From positions 1 through 27,381 of the forward strand of contig CBDDTI010000540.1 in assembly GCA_965233585.1 (NCBI GenBank): a stretch of 27,381 nt of DNA. Direction: 5' to 3'. Positions 10,337-22,400 of this stretch are shown here, one piece after another (within the stretch, counting starts at the first letter, position 1; each line of letters begins with the position of its first letter). The DNA is from a bacterium (GTDB lineage Bacteria; SAR324; NAC60-12). The notes beneath the pieces were generated by a model. The model saw nothing but the letters and a program-made list of their open reading frames with translations. It was not told where the DNA came from and made no database searches. A program made the position numbers and the translations under genes.

Positions 10337-13300
10337 TCAACCTATGTCAACCTTCATCTCCTTGCCAGGTCCTTGGGTCCTTGGGTCCTTGGGTCCTTGC
10401 CTTCTTTTCCATAATGGCTGCCTTCTTCCCTTGAAGCTCCTGAGTTTCCACGTCCGATTTCGGAGAACACAGTGCGGCAATATTGCTGCGAAGCACTGAT
10501 GCGAGTCGGATTTTCGCAACCAGTCATAAAAAGTCATCAAATGTCATCAATATGTAATATGAATAACAAATGAACAACTATCGCTATCGGTGGCAGATCA
10601 GAGATCCCAAGCAGTCCTCGTGCAACTTTTCGTTTTGCGTCTGCGTCAACCATTGCAACTCAGAACGCAACTCGTCCACCTGCCTGGCCCACAATTCACA
10701 TGTCAGGCGTTGCAAATGTGGGATGAAAAATAGTGACCGATCTACAGTGAATCTACATTTTTCTATATTTTTCTTCTGACATGTATTATAGTATTGTTAC
10801 AATTTGTTACAATGTCTTACATTGTATTTCGATGTCTGTTGGACAAGACCTTCCTGACTCGGCCAAGAGATTGAAGGCAAATTTGCAGCGGTGGCCATCC
10901 AAATCATCCAATATCCAAAAAGACATATCTCAGGAATTCTCTGGAATTCTGAGTTCTCAAGACATCCCAAATCGGCTCGGCCACCTTCTTCGATGCTCCA
11001 AACTTTGCTGGTTCTTCAACTCCATGACGTCTCTCCTTCGAGGTACAGCGCTGTATTACAAAATCTGAAAGCCTTGAAGTGAACAACGCAAGGCTGGCAA
11101 AATCACAGACTCAAATAATCAGCAGATAGCAGCAGTATATGGAGTATGCACTTTGCTATGCTGGGCCTTTGTTGCCAAAGTCTCTTTTTGGCCTCAACCT
11201 TTTCCTTTGTCCGATCCTGCGGCCAACTGATGCATCGATCGCTTTCAGAATTCAGGATACAAAACCAAGATAAAGAAAACAGTTCATGTATAATCATCTA
11301 GATATATCATATATATCATATAGCTTTCTCTTGGACGAAACTGGAAGCGCCTGATGCTCCACCTTCACTTGCTGCTGATCAGCCATTCGAATTTGGCTTT
11401 CAATGGCACACCTGCTGAAGTCACTGGAACCACAGAAACCACATAGAAAGCAACTAGAAACCAAATAGATTTTCCAAGGGAATTTGATACGCACATTACA
11501 ACAATTACACACACGCGAAGCGCAAGCACCACAGCTTCATTCTCAGTGTTTTCAAGCTTCCAAAGCGTTCAGTGTCACCAAGAGTAACCAACTCAAGGGG
11601 ACATCAAAAACATTCAACCACTCGAGACCTTAATGCAGAAAACTCCATGAAAATTCCAATACGTCTTTGAAGCCCCAGAACAGTATCACGTGTTCCACTT
11701 GTTCATTGAATTGCCATTGATATCCGGGCGTGTTTTTTTTCATTGTTTTTGACTTTGAAGATCTTCGAACATCTTCTAAGGCTTTTCCAATCCCAAGCGG
11801 TTTAAACATCGAGTGTCATCGTGTGTATCACATTGCGTGGCCTTCTGTTGCAGAACGTTGCTGCCATTTGCCGCATCTCGCCACGTTGTTTTCTTGCTTC
11901 CTGAAAGCACATCATGAAACAAACATGAAACAAACACAACAACGAAGTGAAATGGTGAGGTTGTTTCATAAGTTCTGGAGCTGCTTGCTTATGGATGCAG
12001 TGAGCCTTGCAGTCTTTACAGCAAAGATTACTCATGGCAAATGATGGCAACTGAGACCTAGTATGACCTAGTAAATTAATGTAAATTACTCATGTCGACA
12101 AGTTCGCAGACACAGATCTTCGGAGACGGTTGAAACATGTTGAAACATGAAACACACGAGAGAAACGCATTAAAAACACATGATATGTCGGAATTCTGGG
12201 AATTCTTGAATTATAATGGGCATTACATTGGGTACAATATGGTACAATGTGTCAAGATGTGTGTTGACATGTCTGCTCCGGAGTGTCAATGCGGTCCAGC
12301 CACTTTCTCTTGGAAGATCTTCTGGCGTTGTGCTTGGTATACGGCTTCCTTCTCTCGCTGCTTCTCGCTTTCCACTTCTTCTTGTAGGATTTGTAGGTCT
12401 TCGCTGCCCGTGAAGCTTGACATGAACCAAGAATCACTGAAAGCTTGGGATCGTCCCGAACGCTTCGATTGTATGGCATGTTGCATGGGAATGTCGAATC
12501 CCCAGCCATCATCCGAGTCAAAGTCTCCATCTCGTTCCAACTGCTCTCTGACTTCTTGAATGTGTTTGTTCAATTCTTCTGCCAGTTCCATTTGCCGTTC
12601 GTGCTCTTCACGTTCTGCGCGTTCAGAAGAGGTCTCTGAAACTTCATGCTCAGACCTTTTTCGGAAACAGACACCGAAAACAACATGAGACAAAATAAAA
12701 CAACATAAACCATGTGCTAGTCCGCAGTCTGTCCAATGTTCTGTTCACAAAAACATTGGGGACAACAGTGGGACAACTCAAGCATTTCCTGCTCTTGAGA
12801 CTTATACATGTGTATTGCATGTGTATATATCATTGTATAATGCTATATGATGCTATATGAACGTGATATTTAAGCCATATATAGCATATTAATTTCTTTT
12901 TCTGTTCCTTTTCGATTGTGCTTTTCGCTATACTATACCAGGGACATCCAGGGACATATATATATATATATACATTATATATATATAAATATCAGTTCAT
13001 TTCAGTTCCTGAGTTCCAAACTTTGCGCTTTCGGTCCTTGGAGTCAGAGTCAGCACCAGACGGTGCCAGAGCACTGGTCGCCACGGGTCGCCACGGGTCG
13101 CCACCACGGTGCCAGTTCTGACAGTTCTGAGCTTCGGGCTCCTCCACCAGCCACCTGCGTCAGTTCCTATCGCCTTCAACGACCTTCAACGACCTTTAGG
13201 AACCGTGAAGGACCTTGAACGACACTTCAACGACACTTCAACGACAACGCCGATCACAAAGACTCCGACCTCTCCCATCTCTCCCAGCCTAGATTGCCTT

Positions 13301-13337
13301 GATTAGAATCTTCTAATCGCGTCGAGTCATATCTCAT
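10337..13337 (-). CDS. Multi-exon coiled-coil protein
   Basis: Phase-consistent exons 12304-12655, 11842-11900, 11351-11411, 11167-11216, 10985-11035, 10617-10683, 10401-10439 and 10337-10360 give ...KIFQEK|EARKQRGEMRQMAATFCNRR|CAIESQIRMADQQQVKVEHQ|DRTKEKVEAKKRLWQQR|RDVMELKNQQSLEHRRR|QVDELRSELQWLTQTQNEKLHE|ELQGKKAAIMEKK|EMKVDIG*. The protein is E/Q/K/R-rich. Donors are GT, GC, GC, GC, GT, GA, GC. The 5' exons (ATG 13337, ~13038-13154) and the last exon are tentative. Confidence 0.72.
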
Positions 13338-13569
13338 GGTTGCCAACGAAAAGCGCGCTTTCACATTGTGCATCCATAGTGCACATATCAAATATCTTTA
13401 ACATTCACATGATTCACATGATTCACTTGATTCACATGATTCGCATGATTCGCATTGTGCAACATGATACCATGAATCAACATGAATTGACATGAATTGA
13501 CATGATTTTTATATATCTTCATATTTTTTTAAAAATAACTTATCCGTTTATCCCGTTGCTTCTCTGAGC

Positions 13570-14432
13570 CCTTGGTGGAGTGGGAAACCCGCGGCGTTCG
13601 CGGAGCCTTTGATCGCCGTGCCACGTCCGGTGAGCTTTGACGAGGCACTGCGTCTGACCGAAACCGCCCAAACCGCCGAAATCCGAAAGACCAAGAGTTC
13701 TCTAAGAAATGGCGATAATATATATATATAGTCTATATAGTTATAACCATTTAATTATATATATATAACTATTTAATTAACAATTATTATTATGTATGAT
13801 TATGCGATGATTTCTATGATTTGATTGATTTCTGGTGGCGATGACTCATCAAATCAGAAAAAGCAACAACTTGTGAATTGTGTATCTTCCCAATTTCATT
13901 TTCAACTTCCATTTGTTCCAAACTGCAGTCTTGAAACAGGTGAGGGATTCGAAAAAAACACAAAGTCACTGATATCTGATAGCTACAAAGAGATTTTGTC
14001 TTGCAAAAATTAGGAGAGATCAGAAAGAAAGGAAACATGCGGAGGAAACTGTTTGACTGAGAGGCCTCAGCAGATACACGTTCTGCACGCACGCTTCCAT
14101 AAAACTTCAAAAGTCTCTCCTGTGGCGTCATCACACTGCACGCACTGCAAATTAGGCGAAACATCGAAGCTTCCACGGCACTTCAAACCCACATCCCAAA
14201 TCATCCCAAATTGAATCCACAGTCTCATCGACTCAGGTGCAGAAACGAAAATATACGAAGTTCATCTGGATCTACAGCATTGGGGGCAGCAATAGGCAAT
14301 CTTGCACCAAGATTGGCACCAGGTTGAACCAGGTTGAACTTCCGGTTGAACCAGGTCCTCCCATTCTCGGCTTTTCTTCAAACGTTGAGCTTCGCTGTCG
14401 TCGCCCGTGAATTTTTGGGCTCGGTTGGTTTC
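13570..14432 (-). CDS. Exons of a hypothetical protein (either the 3' part of the upstream gene or a separate gene)
   Basis: Exon 14358-14432 (ETNRAQKFTGDDSEAQRLKKSREWE, GA donor) joins in phase to 14066-14119 (ERLLKFYGSVRAERVSAE, GC donor). Further candidate exons lie at ~13833-13930 and ~13570-13650. Confidence 0.5.
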
Positions 14433-14751
14433 CTGCGGTTGGAACCGGCAATGGTCAAAAAATGTCAAATCATGCATGTTGTCTACAGCTTTTACAGACC
14501 TCCAACTAGTCTGTGACGATTTGGAGGCCAACACCAAACACTCTCTACAAGGCAAGCCGTGCCCTTCCTACATGTCACGAGTTGGAATCTTTGACGCTCT
14601 GTCAGACTCTGTACATCAGTTCCCTAGATCAACTTTGTGATATTTTTTCGATGTTCTCTCTTTCATCTTTGGATCATCTCTTGAGCATCTCTTTGTTTTC
14701 TGTCTGAAAGAATGAGCTCTGTCTTTGTGCCGTAACTTGCCCGTTGTCTTG

Positions 14752-17700
14752 CCTTGGCTTCCAGTAGAAGCATCTTCATCGCCAGCTTGTCCGCGGCCGC
14801 GCGCTGTGCAGCGACAGAATTGACCACAGCACTCACAGCACTCACAGCAACAGAATGTAGCAAATGTAGCATTGCCGCGACAGAATGTGACCATTTTCGG
14901 TCGTTTGGGAAACCGCAGGATCTCCCAAACATGTATGAAGTGATATGAAGTGTATGAACAGAACACATCAGAACACATCAAAACACCGGCACGGTGTTCG
15001 GTGTCTGCATTGATTGTGGCCTTCGCCAGCAGCTTCTTGTCATTGGCTCGGTCAGGAGCAAAGGTGGCACGGTTGCCCAGGATCCAGGCCTGCAACACAT
15101 GACGATGACACCAAGATGTGAAAAAATCCTGGAAAATCCTGGAAAACCGTGGAAAATCCATCAAAAAATCATGGAAAATCGTAGTGAAGTGTAGTGATGC
15201 GTCCACCTCAAATCATCTCCTAGCATGTGAAGAGATCAGAACTTATCAGGACAATTCCTGGGAGGAATTAGTAAAACAATCAGTGAGTCCAATGGCATCC
15301 AGTTGAAACCTGTTAAAACATGTTGAAACATCTGGACACACACATTCTTCCCAAGCCAAGTTCCGTGCCTCGACACTGTGAAGATCCACATCAACTGAGA
15401 ATGTGGAGAAAATGTCGAGATGTCCAGAAAATGATATCCATGTGATCTGCCATGTGATCTGCTATGATGATCTATGATGATCTGCTATGTCGAGAAAGTG
15501 ATCTCTCTCTCTCTCTCGTCTATTGAGTTCTCATTGAGTTCTCATTGCGTTTTGGTCGATTCGTTTGACGGAAGTTTGCCACCTGGTAGTTTGCCGGTCT
15601 CGAGTGCTTCCAGAAGCCTGGCGGCCAACTCGCAGCTCAGCGTTATCTACACAATGTACTTGCTATATCTCGCTATCTAATCGTTATCTAGTCGTTATCT
15701 AGTCGTTATATAGTCGTTATCTATTGATGCAATTGATCTCTTGTTATATCTTGTTATACTGTCAGTGTGTCTGCAAAGTTCTGCAAACATCTTTAGATAT
15801 CAGATATCTGTAGATGCCTTTTACACACTTTACGCCTCCCCAAAGCACAGCATACAGTCGTCCCTTACACAACTTGAGTGATTCGACTGGTAATACTTGT
15901 GACATTCTGTGGCATTCCGTGATGCTCAAACGGTTTCGCTGGGGATAGCACTGTGGGACACTGACTGTTGCTAAGATTTCCTGGATCTCCTGCAGCTTTG
16001 TGGCGAAGTGTAGAAATACTTCAGTGTGCGCTGGGAAACCCACTGTTCTGACATGTTCTGACTCATACATCTCATACTGATCCTCAAATGAAGAACGATT
16101 CAAGGTGCAGCATGTGGCAATCCAAAAAGCCATGGGCCAGTGGTCTCCAAGTTCTCCAAATGGTCTCCACATGCCGCTCTCAGCGTCTCTGGGTGTCTCT
16201 CAGCGTCCGTGTCTCTCGGTGTCTCGGTGTCTCTCGGTGTCTCCTGCAGATCTTTGCGACGTTTTTTCTGTTTGAGATCTTCCAGCCTGCGATGCGACAC
16301 ATCAAATCCGCCTGAAAGTCGCAGACTGCCAAGAAAACATGCACACACACAATATCAAACACAAACATCATTGGAATGTTGGATGTTGACTAGTGGAAAA
16401 GGAGCCAATAAAGAGGAATGCCAAAGAAAAACCTCGGCAAAAAGTGTTCTAAATCTAAGTCAGGATTTTTAAAAATTAAATCATTCGAATCTACTTTTAA
16501 TATCTTTTAATTCATTTTCCTTGCTGCCTTTCTTTCTACCTGTTTGAGAGTTATCGCCTCTGCAATACTTCTTTCTTCGTTTGTTCCTTGGTCACCACTG
16601 TCCGCTTCTGATCCTCCTCGAACACGTTTTCGGAAAATGTGTGGAAAATGTGAGGACAATTTCTGAGAAAAAACATCGGAACGCATCGGAAATTCTATGG
16701 AAAAATTGGAAAACAGAAATCAAAACAGAACTTTTCTGAGATCTCTGGGGCTCAACGGCTACATTTGAAGGCTCCTCGGCAGATTGCCACTCAGCGCGAA
16801 AGGCCACAGCCGAGCGATGCTTCGTGCCATTGACGTACACCACCTACAGGGGCATCGGTCTAGATGAGATGGGTCTAACAGTGCCGGCCATTTGGCCATT
16901 TGCTGAGTATCTATGAGTTTATGAGTATCCCATGGATATCATCGATGAATCAATTGGATTCAATTCGATCAACTCATGATTTTGATGTATAAAAATCTAT
17001 AATTTAATGTACAAAATGTATCTATTTATATCTATTTGATCTATAAAAGTCATGTTTTGTATGAAAAAAACAACATCAGCAGATAATTGGCCAAATGTTG
17101 AAATGTCAGATTTCAGCTGCGCCTGCGAGGCCTTCGGCTCGCGCTGCCGCAGCAGGAAGAACCCCACCTGGCCGACGTCGCGACGTCTTCAAGCGACGCT
17201 GGTGCAGTCGGTGATGACGTGATGTCGTGATGACGACGTGTAACCGAGATCTGTGACCAGATTTTTCTGACTGATTCTGACTGATTGTGTCTGTTTGATG
17301 CAAATGTTTGATGCAAACATATAAAATAGGTTTTTTCTCTGTTCTGCCACTTTCTGTCTTGAAGAGCAGATGTGGCCAAGTGGCCAATGCAGGGCTGATG
17401 TTAACACGCCAGGGATAGCCTAAATTGATCTAAATTGCCCAAATGGCAAATAAAAATCAACATCAAACAAACCCGTTGCCTTGCTTCTGTGTGGCCAGTC
17501 GAGACCGTACAGCTCCTAAACTTTCTAAAGATGAGAATGGTTTACAATCAGGATTACATATTTTTCAAAAGGGCCATCAAGAAACATGGACATATATGGA
17601 CATGTCTGAAATGTCTGAAATGTATGAAATCAAGTCTGCAAGAAACATCACTCGTGAATCAACGCTTGGCAGTCCCAGAGTTGCAGGATGTTGTAAGCGG

Positions 17701-18826
17701 TCTGCACATCGTAGAGCTGATGCCTGATGGAGCAGATTGATGCAGATTGCATCAGAAGACCTGAAGTGAAAAGGTTGACAGCTGCGCTGAAGCAACCGAG
17801 AAGTAACTCATTATACTCATTGAAGTGTATCAATTTTTGCTCCTTATTCATTCCTGCAACAGGGCTAGAACGCAGGATATGTGTTGTGATTTGTTGTGAA
17901 ACAACGACTTTTGTAGTGGGAATGATTATGATGTCACTTTCCAACAAATAATCACCAACAACAGGTGTACAGGAGGCAGGTTTCTTGAAACAGGCCAGCC
18001 TGAAGTCAGTGCCCCAAGGATACATATGAATCATATGATACATATGAGACGTTACATGGATCATTGACAAATCTTACTCATTCTGAGACTCATTCTTGAT
18101 CCTTTAGATCTGTCTCCATCAAAAAGATGCCGAAGCTTCGATCAAACCCGATAGATTTAGTCCAATCCTGGAAGGTATAAACCTGTATATCTGCGCAACT
18201 TGTCAGACCATGTTATTCTTATATTAAAATATAAAAAAATATTTAAACATACATTATAATCGTTTTATATTCGTTTTATATTTGTATTTGTAGAACCCCC
18301 CCTTTTCCAAATACTTCGGTGAGCCTCCGGAGCAAAGGAACAGCCGCGTGCTTCTCGAAGTTGAACGTGCACAAATACAGCAACACAGCTCGTTGCTTGG
18401 CCTCGCAGCTGGCAGCTTGAAACCCCGCCGTGATAGTGTCTGACATGTCTCGTCACTTGACAGAACTCTGAAAACGAGAGATGCAAACCTGAGAAGGGGG
18501 GGACGAAAACCAGCCCCTAGCCGGATTTTTTCTGGTTCTGCAAAGAAATGTCGCGGTAGAGCCCGTTTTTGTCTGGCCTTCCTCAATTTTTGTTACTTCC
18601 AGCAACAAGAAGTCTTTTTAAAGCACATTATCTATTTATCTATCTATCTATCTAACTATCTATCTATATATATATATTATATAGATGACACAACTTGCCT
18701 GCATGTTCCTTTTTTGTCACACTTGTCCTTGCTTTGCAACCCTTCGCCACTCCTTCCTCCTCATCCCCTTGCAAGCTGTCTTGCTCCCAACCCCAACGGA
18801 CGCTGCTCTCTGTTGAGCTTCGGTCC
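14752..18826 (-). CDS. Long multi-exon hypothetical protein; 5' end not found
   Basis: Phase-consistent chain 17123-17167 (VGFFLLRQREPKASQ), 16775-16843 (VVYVNGTKHRSAVAFRAEWQSAE), 16587-16616 (EDQKRTVVTK), 16244-16311 (ADLMCRIAGWKISNRKNVAKIC). Other coding-like exons: 14987-15089 (AWILGNRATFAPDRANDKKLLAKAT), ~15582-15617 (LLEALETGKLP), ~17666-17723 (HQLYDVQTAYNILQLWDCQ), ~18324-18401 (AKQRAVLLYLCTFNFEKHAAVPLLR). Confidence 0.55.
18628..18683. repeat. (TATC)n/(TA)n microsatellite
   Basis: tatctatctatc... followed by tatata. Confidence 0.85.
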
Positions 18827-19020
18827 TTAGTTTTTTCAATATGCATGCCTCTATGTTCCTAACTTTTTCAAAGCTTTGCCTTTCCTCTATTTCATGTCTT
18901 TTTTTCACTTTTCCTGCGTTTTCCTACGGTTTTTCAAAAGTTTCCTTTGTGTAACTTCCTTCTCCGTGTTTTAAACGATTTTCCTTCATTTTCCTCGGTT
19001 TTCCTACCTTTTTCCTTCTG

Positions 19021-19092
19021 TTTTCAGGGGACCTAGGGAGAATCGAACCCCACCGTCACCAAATTGCCTAGTGGTACATGCCCCCCTGAAAA
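19021..19092 (-). other. 72-nt inverted-repeat-bounded hairpin with a tRNA T-loop/B-box-like motif
   Basis: ttttcagggg (19021-19030) and cccctgaaaa (19083-19092) are perfect reverse complements; the minus strand carries GGGG-TTCGATT-CTCC around 19037-19051. Confidence 0.55.
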
Positions 19093-19276
19093 ATTCCAAT
19101 TGGCCATCCTAATCACCCCTAAAAGCGAGATTTTGGTCCACCTGGGCAACTTCCACCCCCCACACCCCCTAAACTCACTTCGTTCGCGAAAACAACTTTG
19201 CCTAGCCTAGTGGAAGAGACGAGTGTGTTACCACTTTATAAACGTTAATTTCTCAACCATTTTTTGAAATGTTGTA

Positions 19277-19352
19277 ACCATTTTATAAAAAATATTGCTT
19301 ACCATTTTATAAAAAATATTGCCTACCATTTTATAAAAAATATTGCTTATTA
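19277..19352. repeat. 24-bp AT-rich minisatellite (~3 copies)
   Basis: accattttataaaaaatattgcYt at 19277, 19301 and 19325. Confidence 0.9.
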
Positions 19353-19419
19353 TTTTAAAAACATGAATTCATAATATTTTCTATTTTAAGTTTTCTTGGC
19401 ATAAATTTACATTTATTTG

Positions 19420-22400
19420 TTTTGTATGTATTTTGTTGAAACCTTTACGCATTCTCCATTGTATTTTGCACAGAATGTTTTTTTTTGGTATGTATTTTGC
19501 CGAAACCTCTACGCATTCTCCATTGTATTTTGCCCAGAATGCTTTTTTTTGGTATGTATTTTGCCGAAACCTCTACGCATTCTCCATTGTATTTTGCCCA
19601 GAATGCTTTTTTTGTATGTATTTTGCCGAAACCTCTACGCATTCTCCATTGTATTTTGCCCAGAATGCTTTTTTTTGGTATGTATTTTGCCGAAACCTCT
19701 ACGCATTCTCCATTGTATTTTGCCCAGAATGCTTTTTTTTGTATGTATTTTGCCGAAACCTCTACGCATTCTCCATTGTATTTTGCCCAGAATGCTTTTT
19801 TTTGTATGTATTTTGCCGAAACCTCTACGCATTCTCCATTGTATTTTGCCCAGAATGCTTTTTTTTTGTATGTATTTTGCCGAAACCTCTACGCATTCTC
19901 CATTGTATTTTGCCCAGAATGCTTTTTTTGGTATGTATTTTGCCGAAACCTCTACGCATTCTCCATTGTATTTTGCCCAGAATGCTTTTTTTTGGTATGT
20001 ATTTTGCCGAAACCTCTACGCATTCTCCATTGTATTTTGCCCAGAATGCTTTTTTTTTTGTATGTATTTTGCCGAAACCTCTACGCATTCTCCATTGTAT
20101 TTTGCCCAGAATGCTTTTTTTTTGTATGTATTTTGCCGAAACCTCTACGCATTCTCCATTGTATTTTGCCCAGAATGCTTTTTTTTGTATGTATTTTGCC
20201 GAAACCTCTACGCATTCTCCATTGTATTTTGCCCAGAATGCTTTTTTTTTGTATGTATTTTGCCGAAACCTCTACGCATTCTCCATTGTATTTTGCCCAG
20301 AATGCTTTTTTTTTGTATGTATTTTGCCGAAACCTCTACGCATTCTCCATTGTATTTTGCCCAGAATGCTTTTTTTTTGTATGTATTTTGCCGAAACCTC
20401 TACGCATTCTCCATTGTATTTTGCCCAGAATGCTTTTTTTTTGTATGTATTTTGCCGAAACCTCTACGCATTCTCCATTGTATTTTGCCCAGAATGCTTT
20501 TTTTTGTATGTATTTTGCCGAAACCTCTACGCATTCTCCATTGTATTTTGCCCAGAATGCTTTTTTTTGTATGTATTTTGCCGAAACCTCTACGCATTCT
20601 CCATTGTATTTTGCCCAGAATGCTTTTTTTTGTATGTATTTTGCCGAAACCTCTACGCATTCTCCATTGTATTTTGCCCAGAATGCTTTTTTTTGGTATG
20701 TATTTTGCCGAAACCTCTACGCATTCTCCATTGTATTTTGCCCAGAATGTTTTTTTTTGTATGTATTTTGCCGAAACCTCTACGCATTCTCCATTGTATT
20801 TTGCCCAGAATGCTTTTTTTTGTATGTATTTTGCCGAAACCTCTACGCATTCTCCATTGTATTTTGCCCAGAATGCTTTTTTTTGTATGTATTTTGCCGA
20901 AACCTCTACGCATTCTCCATTGTATTTTGCCCAGAATGTTTTTTTTTGTATGTATTTTGCCGAAACCTCTACGCATTCTCCATTGTATTTTGCCCAGAAT
21001 GCTTTTTTTGGTATGTATTTTGCCGAAACCTCTACGCATTCTCCATTGTATTTTGCCCAGAATGCTTTTTTTTTGTATGTATTTTGCCGAAACCTCTACG
21101 CATTCTCCATTGTATTTTGCCCAGAATGCTTTTTTTGGTATGTATTTTGCCGAAACCTCTACGCATTCTCCATTGTATTTTGCCCAGAATGCTTTTTTTT
21201 TGTATGTATTTTGCCGAAACCTCTACGCATTCTCCATTGTATTTTGCCCAGAATGCTTTTTTTTGTATGTATTTTGCCGAAACCTCTACGCATTCTCCAT
21301 TGTATTTTGCCCAGAATGCTTTTTTTTGTATGTATTTTGCCGAAACCTCTACGCATTCTCCATTGTATTTTGCCCAGAATGCTTTTTTTTGTATGTATTT
21401 TGCCGAAACCTCTACGCATTCTCCATTGTATTTTGCCCAGAATGCTTTTTTTTGTATGTATTTTGCCGAAACCTCTACGCATTCTCCATTGTATTTTGCC
21501 CAGAATGCTTTTTTTTGTATGTATTTTGCCGAAACCTCTACGCATTCTCCATTGTATTTTGCCCAGAATGCTTTTTTTGTATGTATTTTGCCGAAACCTC
21601 TACGCATTCTCCATTGTATTTTGCCCAGAATGCTTTTTTTTTGTATGTATTTTGCCGAAACCTCTACGCATTCTCCATTGTATTTTGCCCAGAATGCTTT
21701 TTTTTGTATGTATTTTGCCGAAACCTCTACGCATTCTCCATTGTATTTTGCCCAGAATGCTTTTTTTTGTATGTATTTTGCCGAAACCTCTACGCATTCT
21801 CCATTGTATTTTGCCCAGAATATTTTTTTTTGTATGTATTTTGCCGAAACCTCTACGCATTCTTCATTGTATTTTGCCCAGAATGTTTTTTTTTTGTATG
21901 TATTTTGCCGAAACCTCTACGCATTCTCCATTGTATTTTGCCCAGAATGCTTTTTTTTTGTATGTATTTTGCCGAAACCTCTATTCTTTTCTCCATTGCA
22001 GGTTGCCTCAAATGCCTTTTTTCTTTTGTATTTTTCAAAAAAATAAATTGTTTTCCTGTGAATTTTGCCTAAACTTCTTTTTTTTCTGCATGTATTTTAC
22101 CCCAAATTCAATTTTTCTCCATTGTATTTTGCCCAGAATGCTTTTTTTTGTATGTATTTTGCCGAAACCTCTACGCATTCTCCATTGTATTTTGCCCAGA
22201 ATGCTTTTTTTTGGTATGTATTTTGCCGAAACCTCTACGCATTCTCCATTGTATTTTGCCCAGAATGCTTTTTTTTGTATGTATTTTGCCGAAACCTCTA
22301 CGCATTCTCCATTGTATTTTGCCCAGAATGCTTTTTTTGGTATGTATTTTGCCGAAACCTCTACGCATTCTCCATTGTATTTTGCCCAGAATGCTTTTTT

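Noticed and set aside
380..18900. Numerous short plus-strand ORFs in the track
   Set aside because: They are antisense to minus-strand exons or made of intronic low-complexity sequence; none shows a recognisable motif or splice-consistent structure
19021..19092. Canonical tRNA gene
   Set aside because: It has a T-loop-like motif, but I could not fold a proper D-arm, anticodon arm or A-box; kept only as a tRNA-like hairpin
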